Under the pieces are notes generated by a model. That model had not been told where the DNA came from. It saw only the letters and a program-made list of their open reading frames with translations, and made no database searches. This document shows positions 38,112 through 49,851 of a stretch of DNA of 64,000 nt, piece by piece (position 1 is the stretch's first letter; the number at the start of each line of letters is the position of its first letter). Source of the stretch: Hypanus sabinus (lineage: Eukaryota). The position numbers were made by a program, and so were the translations under genes. The stretch lies in the NCBI RefSeq assembly GCF_030144855.1, contig NC_082712.1, positions 72,416,001 through 72,480,000 of the forward strand. The letters are read 5' to 3'.

Positions 38112-41100
38112 ATCAGAATCAAAATCAGAAACCAGCATGTGATGTTAAATTTGTTAACTTAGCAGCAGCAGTTCAATGCAATACAGAATCTAGCAGATTA
38201 AAAATAAATAAATAAATAATAAGATAATAATAGTAATAATAAATAATACATTTTAAAAATAATAATTAAATAAGCAAGTCAATTACACATACTGAATAGA
38301 TTGAAAAAACAGAAATACTGTATATTAAAAAAGTGAGGTAGTGTCCAAAGCTTCAATGTCCATTTAGGAATCGGATGGCAGAAGGGAAGAAGCTGTTCCT
38401 GATTCACTGAGTGTGCATCTTCAGGCTTCTGTACCTCCTACCTGATGGTAACAGTGAGAGAAGGGCATGCCCTGGGTGCTAGAGGTCCTTAATAATGGAC
38501 GCTGCCTTTCTGAGACACCGCTCCCTGAAGATAACCTGGATACTTTGTAGGCCAGTACCCAAGATGGAGATGACCAGATTTACAACTTAATGCAGCTTCT
38601 TTCGGTCCTATGCAGTAGCCCCTCCATACCAGACAGTGATGCAGCCTGTCAGAATGCCGTCCATGGTACAACTATAGAAGTTTTTGAGTGTATTTGTTGA
38701 CATGCCAAATCTCTTCAAACTCCTAATGAAGTATAACCACTGTCTTGCCTTCTTTATAACTACATTAATATGTTGGGACCAAGTTAGATCCTAAGAGATC
38801 TTGACACCCAGGAACTTGAAGCTGCTCACTTTCTCCACTTCTGATCCCTGTATGGGGATTGACACATGTTCCTTTGACTTACCCTTCCTCAAGTCCACAA
38901 TCAGCTCTTTCGTCTTACTGACCTCTCATCACCACCTGAAATTCTGGCAACAATGATTGCATCATCAGCAAATTTATAGATGGTATTTGAGCTATGCCTA
39001 GCCACACAGTCATGTGTATATAGAGAGTAGAGCAGTGGGCTAAGCACACACCCCTGAGGTGCACCAGTGTTGATCATCAGTGAGAAGGGTATGTTATCAC
39101 CAATTCACACAGACTGGTCTTCCAGTTAAGAAGTTGAGGATCCAATTGCAGAGGGAGGTACAGAGGTCCAGGTACTGCAACTTCTCAATCAAAATTCTGG
39201 GAATGATGGTATTAAATGCTGAGCTATTGTCAATGAACAGCATCCTGAAGCAGGTCTTTGTGTTGTCCAGGTTGTCTAAACCGTGTGGAGAGCCATTGAG
39301 ATTGCATCTGTTGTTGATCTGTTGTGGCAATAGGCAAATTGCAATGGGTCCAGCTCCTTGCTGAGGCAGGAGTTCAGTTTAGTCATGATCAACCTCTCAA
39401 AGCATTTCATCACTGTTGATGTGAGTGCTACCAGGCAATAATCATTAAGGCAGCCCACATTATTCTTCTTAGGCACTGGTATAATTGTTGCCTTCTTGAA
39501 GCAAGTGGGAACTTCTACCCATAGCAATGAGATGTTGAAAATGTCCTTGAATACTCCCGCTATTTGGTTGGCACAGGTTTTCAGAGCTTTACCAGGTACT
39601 CCATCGGGACCTTCTGCCTTGCGAGAGTTCACTTTCTTTAAAGACAGTCTTTAACATCGGCCTCTGAGACAGAGATCTCAGGGTCATCAGGTGCAGCAGG
39701 GATCTTCACAGCTGTAGTTGTGTTCTCCCTTTCAAAGCATGCATGGAAGGCATTGAGCTCATCTGGTAGTGAAGCATCGCTGCCATTCATGCTATTGGGT
39801 TTCGCTTTGTAAGAAGTAATGTCTTGCAAACCCTGCCAGAGTTGTTTTGCATCCGACGTCACCTCCAACCTCATTCGAAATTGACTTTTCACCCTTGAAA
39901 TAACCCTCCGCAAATCCTACCCGGTTTCCTGGTACAGGCCTGGGTCACCAGTCTTGAATTCCACAGATCTAGCCTTCAACAGACGATGTAACTCCGGGTT
40001 CATCCATGGCTTTTAGTTTGGGAATGCACAGCAAGTCTTTGTGAGCACAAACTCATCCACACAGGTTTTAATGAAGTTAGTAACAACTGCAGCATATTCA
40101 TCCAGGTTCAAAGATGAATCCCTGAATACAGTCAGTCCACTGATTCAAAGCAGTCCTGTAATCGCTCCTGTGCCTCCCTTGTCCATACCTTCTTGGTCCT
40201 CACTGCTGGTGCTACAGTCTTCAGTCTCTGCCTATATTCAGGGAGTAGAAGTACAGTCAAGTGATCAGACTACCCGAAGTGAGGGTGTGGAATAGCACAG
40301 TACGCACTCTTAATGGTGGTTTAGCAATGGTCCAGTGTGTTGTTTCCTCTGGTATTGCAATGATCTGTTGATGGCAGTTGCTTAGTGATTTTTTTCAGAC
40401 TGTCCTGGTTAAAATCTCCCAAAACTATGGTGAAGGCATTGGGATGCTCTGTTTCATGCATGCTAATCCCATTGCTTAGATCATCTAAAGCCTGCTTGAC
40501 AATAGCCTGAGGTGGATTGTAAACTGCTACCAAAATGACCCCAGAGAACTCCCATGGTAAGTAAAAAGGACAACACTTAACAGCTAGATATTCCAGTTCT
40601 GGTGAGCAGCATTGGGACATCACTGATATATTTGTGCACCAAGAAGAGTTGATCATGAGGCATACTCCTCCACCTCTGCTTTTGAGAGACTCTATAGATC
40701 TACCCTGATGGTGTATCATAAACCCGTTGATCTGGATTGCTGCATCTGGTACGGAAGGGGTTAACCAGGATTCTGTGAAACAAAAGGATGCACATAGTCC
40801 TAATGTCCCTCTGATTCAGCTCCTTAGCTCTGTGATCATCGATTTTATTCACCAGAGATTACACATTTGCCAGCAAGATAGTCGGTATAGGGAGTTTAAA
40901 ACTCCATTTCCTTAAACACACTCGTAACCCCAATCTACACCTGCGCTTCCTCCGAGTTGTCCTCCTTGGGCACTTCCAACCACAATCGGTGTTGTTTCCC
41001 TGGGTTTTCAGTAGCGATAGTTCACTTAAACACAGTAAGACATCTTTGTTGACTGTACTGACTTAGGAAGCAGCTGCGCTTTTTAGCTGTATCAGGCTGA

Positions 41101-41165
41101 AATAGGAATATTTAACCGTATCCATTGAGAGTACTGCTGTTACTCGAGTCGCGTCTAGGTGCCCC
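38112..41165 (-). mobile_element. Near full-length Rex1/Babar-type LINE (APE + RT), frameshifted
   Basis: ORFs 40321-40719 (RGGGVCLMIN..WC, PFYLP.EF..V.LVAVYNPPQA, GDFNQ, TRGNNTLDHC), 39276-39632 (KAEGPDGVPG.ALKTCANQ..GVFKDIFN...CLNDY..VALTSTVMKCFERL...LDPLQFAY), 39097-39330 (RMLFID.SSAFNTI). KFADD near 38965. Short-repeat tail at 38112. Confidence 0.92.
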
Positions 41166-41176
41166 ATTGTCTTACA

Positions 41177-41559
41177 CATGCATGGCGAGGTGGACATGTG
41201 ACTCTACCAAAGAAGGTGAAAGGTATTCCTTCCCTTCACTAACATGCAGGTCAGCCTTGGACAAGATGTTAGCACCTGCTCAGCCCTTCGTTCAGGGTTA
41301 TGTGAAGCCATGGGAGCAACTGGTGGATGGCCGTATGAGCAGCTGATGCATATCACAAGACCTGCTTATGCGACCACTAATGCCAGGCAGACAATCTCTG
41401 ATGAGCATTGATGATGGCTGGGGTCACCAGTATTTTAAAAGATCCTGCCCAGAAGAAGACAATGGCAAACCACTCCTGCAGAAATGATTGCCAAGAACAA
41501 TTATGGTCAAAGACCATGATTGCCCACATCAGATGACACAGCTCATAATGGTGATGATG
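41177..41559 (+). mobile_element. Short non-autonomous RTE-related retroposon (Bov-A/Sauria-SINE-like 3' part) with 11-bp TSD
   Basis: TSD ATTGTCTTACA at 41166-76 and 41560-70. GAAGACAATGGCAAACCACTCCTG...TTGCCAAGAACAA motif. (GAT)n tail. Confidence 0.75.
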
Positions 41560-42039
41560 ATTGTCTTACAATACACCTCTTGAACAATATGCTCTGTGGA
41601 CAGTATTTGTTTGCAAAGTTGGCCTTATAACTTCAATCTGATTACTGTTTGCCATTTACATTAAGAACTGAAGACTGGTTCCCAGGAGCTAAACTAAGAA
41701 TATTGGTTAATTTATTTAAAAACAACAGTTTGATCTTTGGAAATGTCAGCTGCTGTGTTTAGAAAGCTAAGCTTGGCACCTGTTCTTATTGTGTTGCATT
41801 GCTGTCCAAGATCATAGCTCCTTGAAAGTGGCAGCAGAAGTGGATAAGGTCATCAAGAAGGTGTACTTGGTGTACAGTATGTTCACCTCCATCAGCTGTA
41901 ACAATGAGTACATTAGTAGAATGCTATGTTGTAGTTGTAATACATTTTAGTTAGGCTACATTTTGAACACTGTGTGCAGTTCTGGTCACCACAAGACAGG
42001 AAGAATGTTATCAGCACCAAAAAGATTCATCTAACATGT

Positions 42040-42715
42040 CATCAGATTTGGAGTGTTTAACTTTCCTATTTATTTGTGTTGTCACTTTTTGGGAGCCATG
42101 GGTTTGCACCCCAAGATTACATCAATACATCCCAGATCTCCTATCATTTACTGTATACTTTCCTCTTGCATTTGACACCCCACAATTCATCACCTCACTA
42201 ATGCCCCATCTGCCATTTCTCCACCTAAATTTCCAACTGGTCTATATCTTGCTATAACCTATGACAACTTCCTCTTCATCCACCAATTTCATTTAATCTA
42301 CAAATACTAATCATCAGATCACTTACATTTTCATCTATATCATTAATCTATATTACAAACAAGAGGTTCCAGCATCAATACTTGGTGAGCACTACTGGTG
42401 AAAGACATCCAATCAGAATAACACCCCTCTACAAAAAAATCCTTTAACTTCCACGACCAAGTAAATTTTACCAACTTACCCTGGATTTCATGTTACTGAA
42501 TTTTCTGAATCAACCTACCATGCGGTAGTTACCAAATAATTTACTGAAGTCTAGCTGGACAATATCCACTATCCTACTCCCAGTAGTCACCCTTATCACT
42601 TCCTGAAATCTTCAATCAAATTTCTGAGACAGGACATCTCCTCACAACTATGCTGACTTTCGTTAATATACTTTTCACAAAAATCACTCAAGTTAGACAG
42701 TTAGGATCTGCCCTT
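42040..42715 (-). mobile_element. Old CR1 RT fragment, host of the young CR1; continues at 46607-46870
   Basis: Degenerate RT on the minus strand on both sides of the young element. 46607-46870 carries the upstream KSP..D...EI...L..IF.SSL..G segment. Confidence 0.6.
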
Positions 42716-42807
42716 GATAATAGACAATAGACAATAGGTGCAGAAGTAGACCATTCGGCCCCTCGAGTCTGCACCGCCATTCTGAGATCATGGCTGATCA
42801 TTCACTA

Positions 42808-45330
42808 TCAATACCCAGTCCCTGCCTTGTCCCCATATCCCTTGATTCCCCTATCCATCAGATATCTATCCAGCTCCTTCTTGAAAGCATCCAGAGAATT
42901 GGCCTCCACCGTCTTCCGAGGCAGTGCATTCCACACCTCCACAACTCTCTGGGAGAAGAAGCTCTTCCTCAACTCTGTTTTAAATAACTGACCTCTTATT
43001 CTCAATCCATGCCCTCTGGTACTGGACTCTCCCAACATCTGGAACATATTTCCTGCCTCAATCCTATCAAATCCTTTAATTATCTTAAACGTTTCAATCA
43101 GATCCCCTCTCAATCTCCTTAATTCCAGCGTGTACAAGCCCAATCTCTCCAATCTCTCTGTGTAAGACAGCCCTGCCATCCCAGGAATCAACCTAGTGAA
43201 TCTACGCTGCACTTCCTCAATTGCCAGAATGTCCTTCCTTAAACCTGGAGACCAAAACTGTACACAATATTCCAGGTGTGGTCTCACCAGGGCCCTGTAC
43301 AAATGCAAAAGAACATCCTTGCTCTTGTATTCAATTCCCCTTGTAACAAAGGCCAACATTCCATTTGCCCTCTTCACTGCCTGTTGCACTTGCTCATTCA
43401 CCTTCATTGACTGGTGAACTAGGACTCCTAGGTCTCTTTGCATTTCTCCCTTACCTAACTCGACACCGTTCAGACAATACTCTGCCCTCTTGTTCCTGCT
43501 TCCAAAGTGGATAACTTCACATTTATTCACATTGAATGACATCTGCCAAGTATCTGCCCACTCACTCAGCCTATCCAAGTCTCCCTATATTCTCCTAACG
43601 TCCTCTTCGCATGTCACACTGCCACCCAGTTTAGTATCGTCAGCAAACTTGCTGATATAGTTTTCAATGCCCTCATCTAACTCATTGACATAAATCGTAA
43701 AGAGCTGTGGTCCCAATACAGAGCCCTGTGGTACCCCACTAGTCACCTCCAGCCAGTCTGAGAAACACCCATTCACTGCTACCCTTTGCTTTCTATCTGC
43801 CAACCAGTTTTCTATCCATGTTGAAACCCTGCCCCCAATGCCATGAGCTCTGATTTTACTCACCAATCTCCAATGTGGCACCTTATCGAATGCCTTCTGA
43901 AAATCTAGGTACACAACATCTACTGGCTTAGCCTCGTCTAACATCCTTGTTACACCCTCAAAAAACTCCAACAGATTAGTCAAGCATGATTTGCCCTTGG
44001 TAAATCCATGCTGGCTCGGCCTAATCCTATTTCTGCCATCTAGATGTGCCACTATTTCGTCCTTAATAATGGACTCAAGCATCTTCCCCACGACTGACGT
44101 TAGGCTAACAGGGCGATAGTTCTCCGTTTTCTCCTTCCCTCCCTTCTTGAAAAGTGGGACAACATTAGCCACTCTTCAATCTTCAGGAACTGATCCTGAA
44201 TCTAAGGAACATTGGAAAATGATTACCAATGCATCCGCAATTTCCTGAGCCACCTCTTTTAGAACCCTCAGATGCAGACCATCTGGACCCGGGGATTTAT
44301 TAGCCTTCAGTCCTACCAGTCTACTCATCACAGTTTCTTTCCTAATGTCAATCTGTCTCAATTCCTCTGATATCTTCTGACCCTGGCCCATCCATACATC
44401 TGGGAGATTGCTTGTGTCCTCCCTGGTGAAGACAGATCTAAAGTACACATTAAATTCTGTTGCCATTTCCCTGTTTCCCATAACAATTTCTCCCAATTCA
44501 TTCTTCAAGGGGCCAACACTGTTCTTAACTATCTTCTTTCTCTTCACATAGCTAAAAAAGCTTTTGCTATCCCCTTTTATATTCCTGGCTAGACTGAGCT
44601 CATACCTGATTTTTTCTCTCCGTATTGCTTTTTTAGTTAAGATCTGCTGTTCCTTAAAACTTTCCCAATCATCTGTATTCCCACTCATCTTAGCCCTGTC
44701 ATACTTCTTTTTCTTTAATGCTATACAATCTCTGACTTCCTTTGTCAACCACTGTGGCCCCTTCTCCCTCTTTGAATCCTTCCTTCTCATTGGAATGAAC
44801 TGCATTTGCATCTTTTGTATTATGCCCAAGAATATCTGCCACTGCTGATCCACTGTCTTTCCCGCCAGGGCATCCGCCCATTTAACTTTGGCCAGCTCAT
44901 CCCTCATGGCTCCGTAGTCTCCTCTATTTAATTGCAACACTGACACCTCTGATCTGCCCCTATCCCTCTCAAATTGTAGATAAAAACTTATCATGTTATG
45001 ATCACTACTTCCTAATGGCTCCTTTACTTCAAGATCACTTATCAATTCCTGTTCATTACACATCACCAGACTCTACTTCCCCTGTTCCCAAGTCACCTCT
45101 TGCTAAGGACTGAATCTCATTCCTCACCAACAGGGCTACCCCACCCCCTCTTCCCATATTTCTGTCTCTACGATAGCACGTATACCCTGGTACACTCAAT
45201 TCCCAGGCCTGATCCCCTTGCAGCCATGTCTCCGTTATCCCAACAATATCATAGTTCCCCATTTTCATCTGAGCTTCAAGCTCATCTGTCTTATTTCTGA
45301 CACTACGCGCATTCAAGTATAGAATTCTTA
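42808..45330 (-). pseudogene. Disrupted CR1 ORF2 (APE endonuclease with internal deletion + reverse transcriptase)
   Basis: ORFs 44176-45066, 43585-44172 and 42808-43578 share one frame, broken only by TGA (44176-78, PED*RVANV, expected W) and TAG (43585-87, RRI*GDLD, expected Q). The endonuclease jumps from GEVES to VMCNEQELI near 45069. Confidence 0.9.
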
Positions 45331-45514
45331 GCCCATTCCTCCTCTTTGCTTAAAACACTGTCTACTGTACCTAACCCAGCTCCTTGAACTTCCATCGGGC
45401 AAATTGCACCCTGAATTTTGATGACCTTCTCAAGATCACCCAAACCTTGTACACATTTAACCCCATGCACCTTCTGACCAACCCTCTGGATCTGGATCCC
45501 TGCCCCCTGCACAT

Positions 45515-46455
45515 CTAGTTTAAACCCCCCCGAGCAGCACTGGCAAATACTCCTGCAAGAATGTTAGTACCCCTCCGGTTCAGATGTAGACCATCCCTTC
45601 AAAACAGATCCCAATGTCCCTGGAACAAAGAGCAATTATCCAAAAACCTGAACCCTTCCTTCCTGCACCATGCTCTCAGCCTCGTATTAATGTGCATAAT
45701 CATTCTATTCTTCGCCTCACTCGCACGTGGCACAGGTAGCAATCCCGAGATTGTCACCCTGGAGGTCCTGCCTTTCAGCTTCACTCCTAACTCCCTGAAC
45801 TCTCTAAGCAGGACCCCCTCACTCACCTTACCTACATCATTGGTCCCTACATGGACCACTACATCTGGGTTCATGCCCTCACTCTCAAGAATAGCCTGCA
45901 CCTGATCTGAGATGTCCCGGACCCTGGCACCAGGGAGGCAACATACCATCCGAGACTCCCGATCTGCCCCACAAAATCTCCTATCTGCCCCCCTAACTAT
46001 AGAGTCCCCTAAAACTATCGCTCTCTTCTCTTCCCTCCTCCCCTTTCTAGTTGAGGGTTCAACCTCTGTGCCAGAGGCAGGACCACTACAACTCATTCCT
46101 GGTAGGTCATCCCCATCAACAGTATCCAGTACGGTATACTTATTGTTAATGGGAATGGCCGCAGGGGTGCTCTGCTCTCTCTGCCTGCTCCCCCTGCCTC
46201 TCTGGACCGTCACCCATCTGCCTACTTCTTGGTTTTTTGGTGTGACTACCTCCTGATAACTCCTATCTATCTCTGCCTCACCTCCCGAATGATCCGTAGT
46301 TCATCCAGCTCCTGCTCCAACTCCCTAACTCGGTCTGATAGGAGCTGCAGCTGGACGCACCTTTTGCAGGTGTGGTCATCAGGGACAACTGTGTTGACCC
46401 TGACCTCCCACATACTGCATACGGAGCACACCACTGCTCTGTCTGTCTCCCCCAT
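45515..46455 (-). pseudogene. Disrupted CR1 ORF1 (zinc finger + coiled coil + SGNH esterase-like domain)
   Basis: ATG at 46455. 1-bp frameshift near 46280 (IIRE|AEAEIDRSY). TGA at 45599-45601 precedes RDGLHLNRRGTNILAG...GLN*, with the natural TAG at 45515-45517. Confidence 0.85.
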
Positions 46456-47269
46456 ACCTGAACTGGATTAATAGAATAAGTCTAAAAAGCACCTAGCGAC
46501 CTTACCTTCTTCCCCTCAGCGAGCAATCACACAGGCTTACCGAAGTCCCCTTACGCCGAAGCCCACTTAGCCAAAGCCCAGGACTCTGCTTCCACGGACT
46601 CCGCTGATGAAACCATGCTAGCTAAAGTAGCTCCCTCTGCCTTTCCAAGTGATCATTAATCCTGTCCCTCAGAAATGGAATACATTTGCCATTCTTCAGT
46701 TACCAGTACCTCAGCTTGCGGCCAATGAAGATTCAAAAGTCTCACCCAGAGCCCTAACAATATCTTCCCTTGTCTCCCATTTCAACCCGACAGAAATCTC
46801 ATCCAGCACTGGGGATTTATCCATCTTTAAGCCACTGAGGCATCAAGTAACTTCTCTTTATTTATGTAGCCTTGCACCAGACTCCCATTTGCCTTCCTAA
46901 GTTCTTCACACATTTTTAGTGGAAATGTGGGTTAGTAAGTTTGAAGATTATATGAAGGTTGGTGGAGTTGTGGAGAGTGTAGTAGATTGTAGATTGCAAT
47001 GGGACTTTGAAAAGGAGTCCTAGAACAGATCCCTGGGGGACAGCACTGTTTACCAACCTCCAGGCAGAATATGCTCCATCTACAACCACTCTCTGCCTTC
47101 TTTGTGCAAACCAATCTGTAATCAATCACCCACGACTGATTACAGCAGTAGCTCAGGATCTGAAACAAAACAATGTAGGGATCTTCCAGCAGCACGTGGA
47201 GAGAAACAGAACCAATGCTAGAGGTAGAGGCTGTGTATGAGAACTGGCTAAACAGATAAAAATATAAAT

Positions 47270-47960
47270 ACAAGAAAGTCTTCAGATGCTGGAAATCCAA
47301 AGCAACACACATACTGCTGGACAAACTCAGCAGGTCTGGCACCACCTTTGCAAATTAATAAACAGTTGATGTTTCAGCCGAGAGTCTAACCTGCTGAGTT
47401 CCTCCAACATTTTGTGTGTGTTGCTTTAAATAGATAAAACTGGTTATCTGAATTGTTGCAGCATTCCCAAATGGCTAATACTGCGCTGTTCTTTCAGCCT
47501 GCTTTGGGCTTTATTAGAATAGTACAGGAAGCCAAACACAAAGTAAGAGGAATGAATGGAGAATTAAAATGCCACCTAAGTAGAAATTAAAGTTTCCTTT
47601 GTGGACTGAAGGTGCTGGGATGGGGGGGGGGCACTTTCTGTAAAATCACCAAATTTATGTATGTTTTCTTTCTCCATTATGGAAGAGACCACATCCTGAG
47701 CTCTAATTATAATAATTAAATCAAAGAGGTGTGAGTGAATTGATGCAACACCCAGAAGGACTGTTTGGATCCCTTTATATCTCATCCCTAGTGGGAAGGG
47801 ATGAGATAAAAAGGCAGGTGTTGTATCTCCTGTGGTTGCACAGAGAGTGGTGAAAAGGGGAGAGAAGACAGAAAGGGAAGAGTATGGAGTTGCAAAAAGA
47901 TTACAAACTTCTGGATGCAGAAAGGGGAGGAAAAGAGAACATATACCCTTGGACTTCCAT
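47270..47960 (-). mobile_element. Penelope terminal palindrome followed by a degraded minus-strand GIY-YIG fragment
   Basis: Inverted arms at 47301-47334 and 47390-47425. 47740-47940 resembles 6900-7120 (ggaaggactgtttggatcc, gcagaaaggggagg). Confidence 0.65.
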
Positions 47961-48084
47961 TGAATATTGAGTATTGAAATGGATGATTAAAAGTTTTGTC
48001 AGAATGATGGATTTTGAAAATGTACTGTCAAAAAAAGAGGGATAGAGGGTTTGAGAGACTTAAAGTGAGAAAGTCAGTGGTAAG

Positions 48085-48375
48085 TATCAGTGGCATAGTG
48101 GTTAAAGCAATGCAGTTACAGCTCAGAGCATTACAGAGTTCAATTCTGGTGCCTTTCTGTAAGGAGTGTCTGCACATCCTCCCCATAGAGTGTGTGAGTT
48201 TTCTCCAAGTCCTCTGATTTAATCCCACAATCCAAAGACCTACCGGGTAGGTTAATTGGTCATTGTAAATTATCCAGTGATTAGGTTATGGTTAATCAGG
48301 TCTGTTGGATGTTGCTGGATTGGTGGAACTTGAAGGGTCGAAAGGGCCTATTCTATGCAAATAAAATTAAAATAA
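48085..48375 (+). mobile_element. V-SINE (HE1-like)
   Basis: gtggcatagtggttaa, gagttcaattct, ttaattggtcattgtaaattatcc, A-rich tail. Confidence 0.8.
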
Positions 48376-49099
48376 AAGACCAAGTGATCACCAATAGTAA
48401 ACCACATTAGCTCATACTGGGTATTTTAACCTGCTTAAAGTTAAGGTCAACCACTTAACTGGATTTTAGGGTTGCACATAGGCTGGAACAGGCAGGGAGG
48501 CTGGGGAGCAACAGGTTTCTTTCCCTGAACTTTGATGAATCAGAGGGATTTTACAATAATCCAATAGATTTATGATCGCTGTTATGGACAGTTTTATTTT
48601 AGTAATTAACCAGCTCCTGTGGTGAGTTTAAGTCCAGATCTACATTTAATTCCTCCAGGTTTCTTGATTACTAGCCAATAACAATCACCATGTTGTTGGA
48701 CTCCACTGGAATCTCGGCAGTGTAGATTTCATTTTTAAGGCTCACTTTACCCCTCCCATAGTTATATGGCTTTCTTCAAACTATTATCTTCAAACTCCAA
48801 TGTTTCATCCTCAACTAATGCAACTAAAATGGATTGTTTACACAAGTTAGGTGTTCCATTTCCCAAACAGTTGCTATTTGTGTACTTCAAAAATATCTAA
48901 TAACATCATTAGATATTTAGTAAAGGTCCAATAAACAGCTGACTGGTTGCCCAGAAATCCCAAAGGGTTGGCATCCAGCTCACGGCAAAATATTTCTGAT
49001 GTTTTCTTTAAACTTACAGCTCCTTATAAACTGCTCGGAGCCCTGTTTCCAGTATTCCTTATGACTGGGTCGCCATTTTTACATTCCCTTCAAACTCAT

Positions 49100-49620
49100 G
49101 GCGATTTGTCTCTTATGTTCTCCTAGTCAGACCACATTTCATGTATTCTGAGCAGCTTCAGGCTCCGTATCTAAGAAAGGATATGCTGGTATTGAAGAGG
49201 GTGTAGAGAATGTTCGTAACCTGGAAATGAAAAGGTTGACATATGAGGGGTGTTTAAAGGCTCTGGACCTGCACTCATTGGAGTTTAGAAAAATGAAGGG
49301 AAATCTCACCGAGACCTACTGAACTTTGAAAGGACAAGGTGAAATGGGCCAGAGGGCAAAGCCTCAGAATCGAAGGACATCCCCTCAGAAGAAAGATGAG
49401 GAGGAATATCTTTGGCCAGAGGATGGTGAATCTGTGGAATTCATTGCCATAGATAGCTGTGGATGCCAAGACATTGGATTTACTTAGAACAGAGGTTGAT
49501 AGGTACTTAATTAGTAAGGGCATTAAAGTTATGGGAAGAAGGCAGGAGAATGGGGATGAGAGGAAAAATGTCATGATTGAGTGGTGGAGCAGACTCGTAC
49601 TATGTTTTCTGGGCCTGAAA
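49100..49620 (+). mobile_element. CR1 3' fragment
   Basis: ctccgtatctaagaaaggatatgc, gatgaggaggaatatctttggccagaggatggtgaatctgtggaattcattgcca. Confidence 0.75.
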
Positions 49621-49851
49621 CATGCATGGTTCACTGAAAAGGAAACATACTATGGTGTAAAATTTAAATAAATGCATTGAAAGTGCGACAAGGTGTTTAA
49701 AGAACTAATATCCAACAGTCCAGAAAGTATGGCAGTCCAAGTCCAGAGTGTAGCAGTTCACCTGAATGTCCAGTGTGCAGTTGTGAAAGACTCTACCAAA
49801 TTGTAAATTTGTTCCTCGTTTTGAACTATATCTCTCCTAACTTCCTGACAG

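Larger units (their letters stand above)
42720..46606 (-). mobile_element. Young, near full-length CR1 LINE (5'UTR, ORF1 zinc-finger/coiled-coil/SGNH esterase, ORF2 APE-RT, 3'UTR, short tandem tail)
   Basis: ORF1 pieces 46455-46267 (CxxC...HxCxxC) and 46213-45599 (GDSIVRG, HVGTND, then DGLH after a stop). ORF2 pieces 45316-42808 with NARS, ITETWL, GSSDHN, KSPGPDG, DFQKAFDKV, GVPQGSVLGP, KFADDTK. (CTATTGT)n tail near 42720. Confidence 0.96.
23490..49851 (+). other. Last intron of the nAChR gene (26,362 bp, GT-AG, phase 0), TE-rich
   Basis: gtaagt donor at 23490 and ag acceptor at 49850-49851 join ...MPKW|VRVVLLNW... without a gap. Confidence 0.9.

Noticed and set aside
43585-45601. In-frame stops in the CR1 ORFs as programmed readthrough or recoding
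   Set aside because: Each is a single transition from the expected conserved codon (TGG>TGA, CAG>TAG, probably CGA>TGA), which is normal post-insertion decay.
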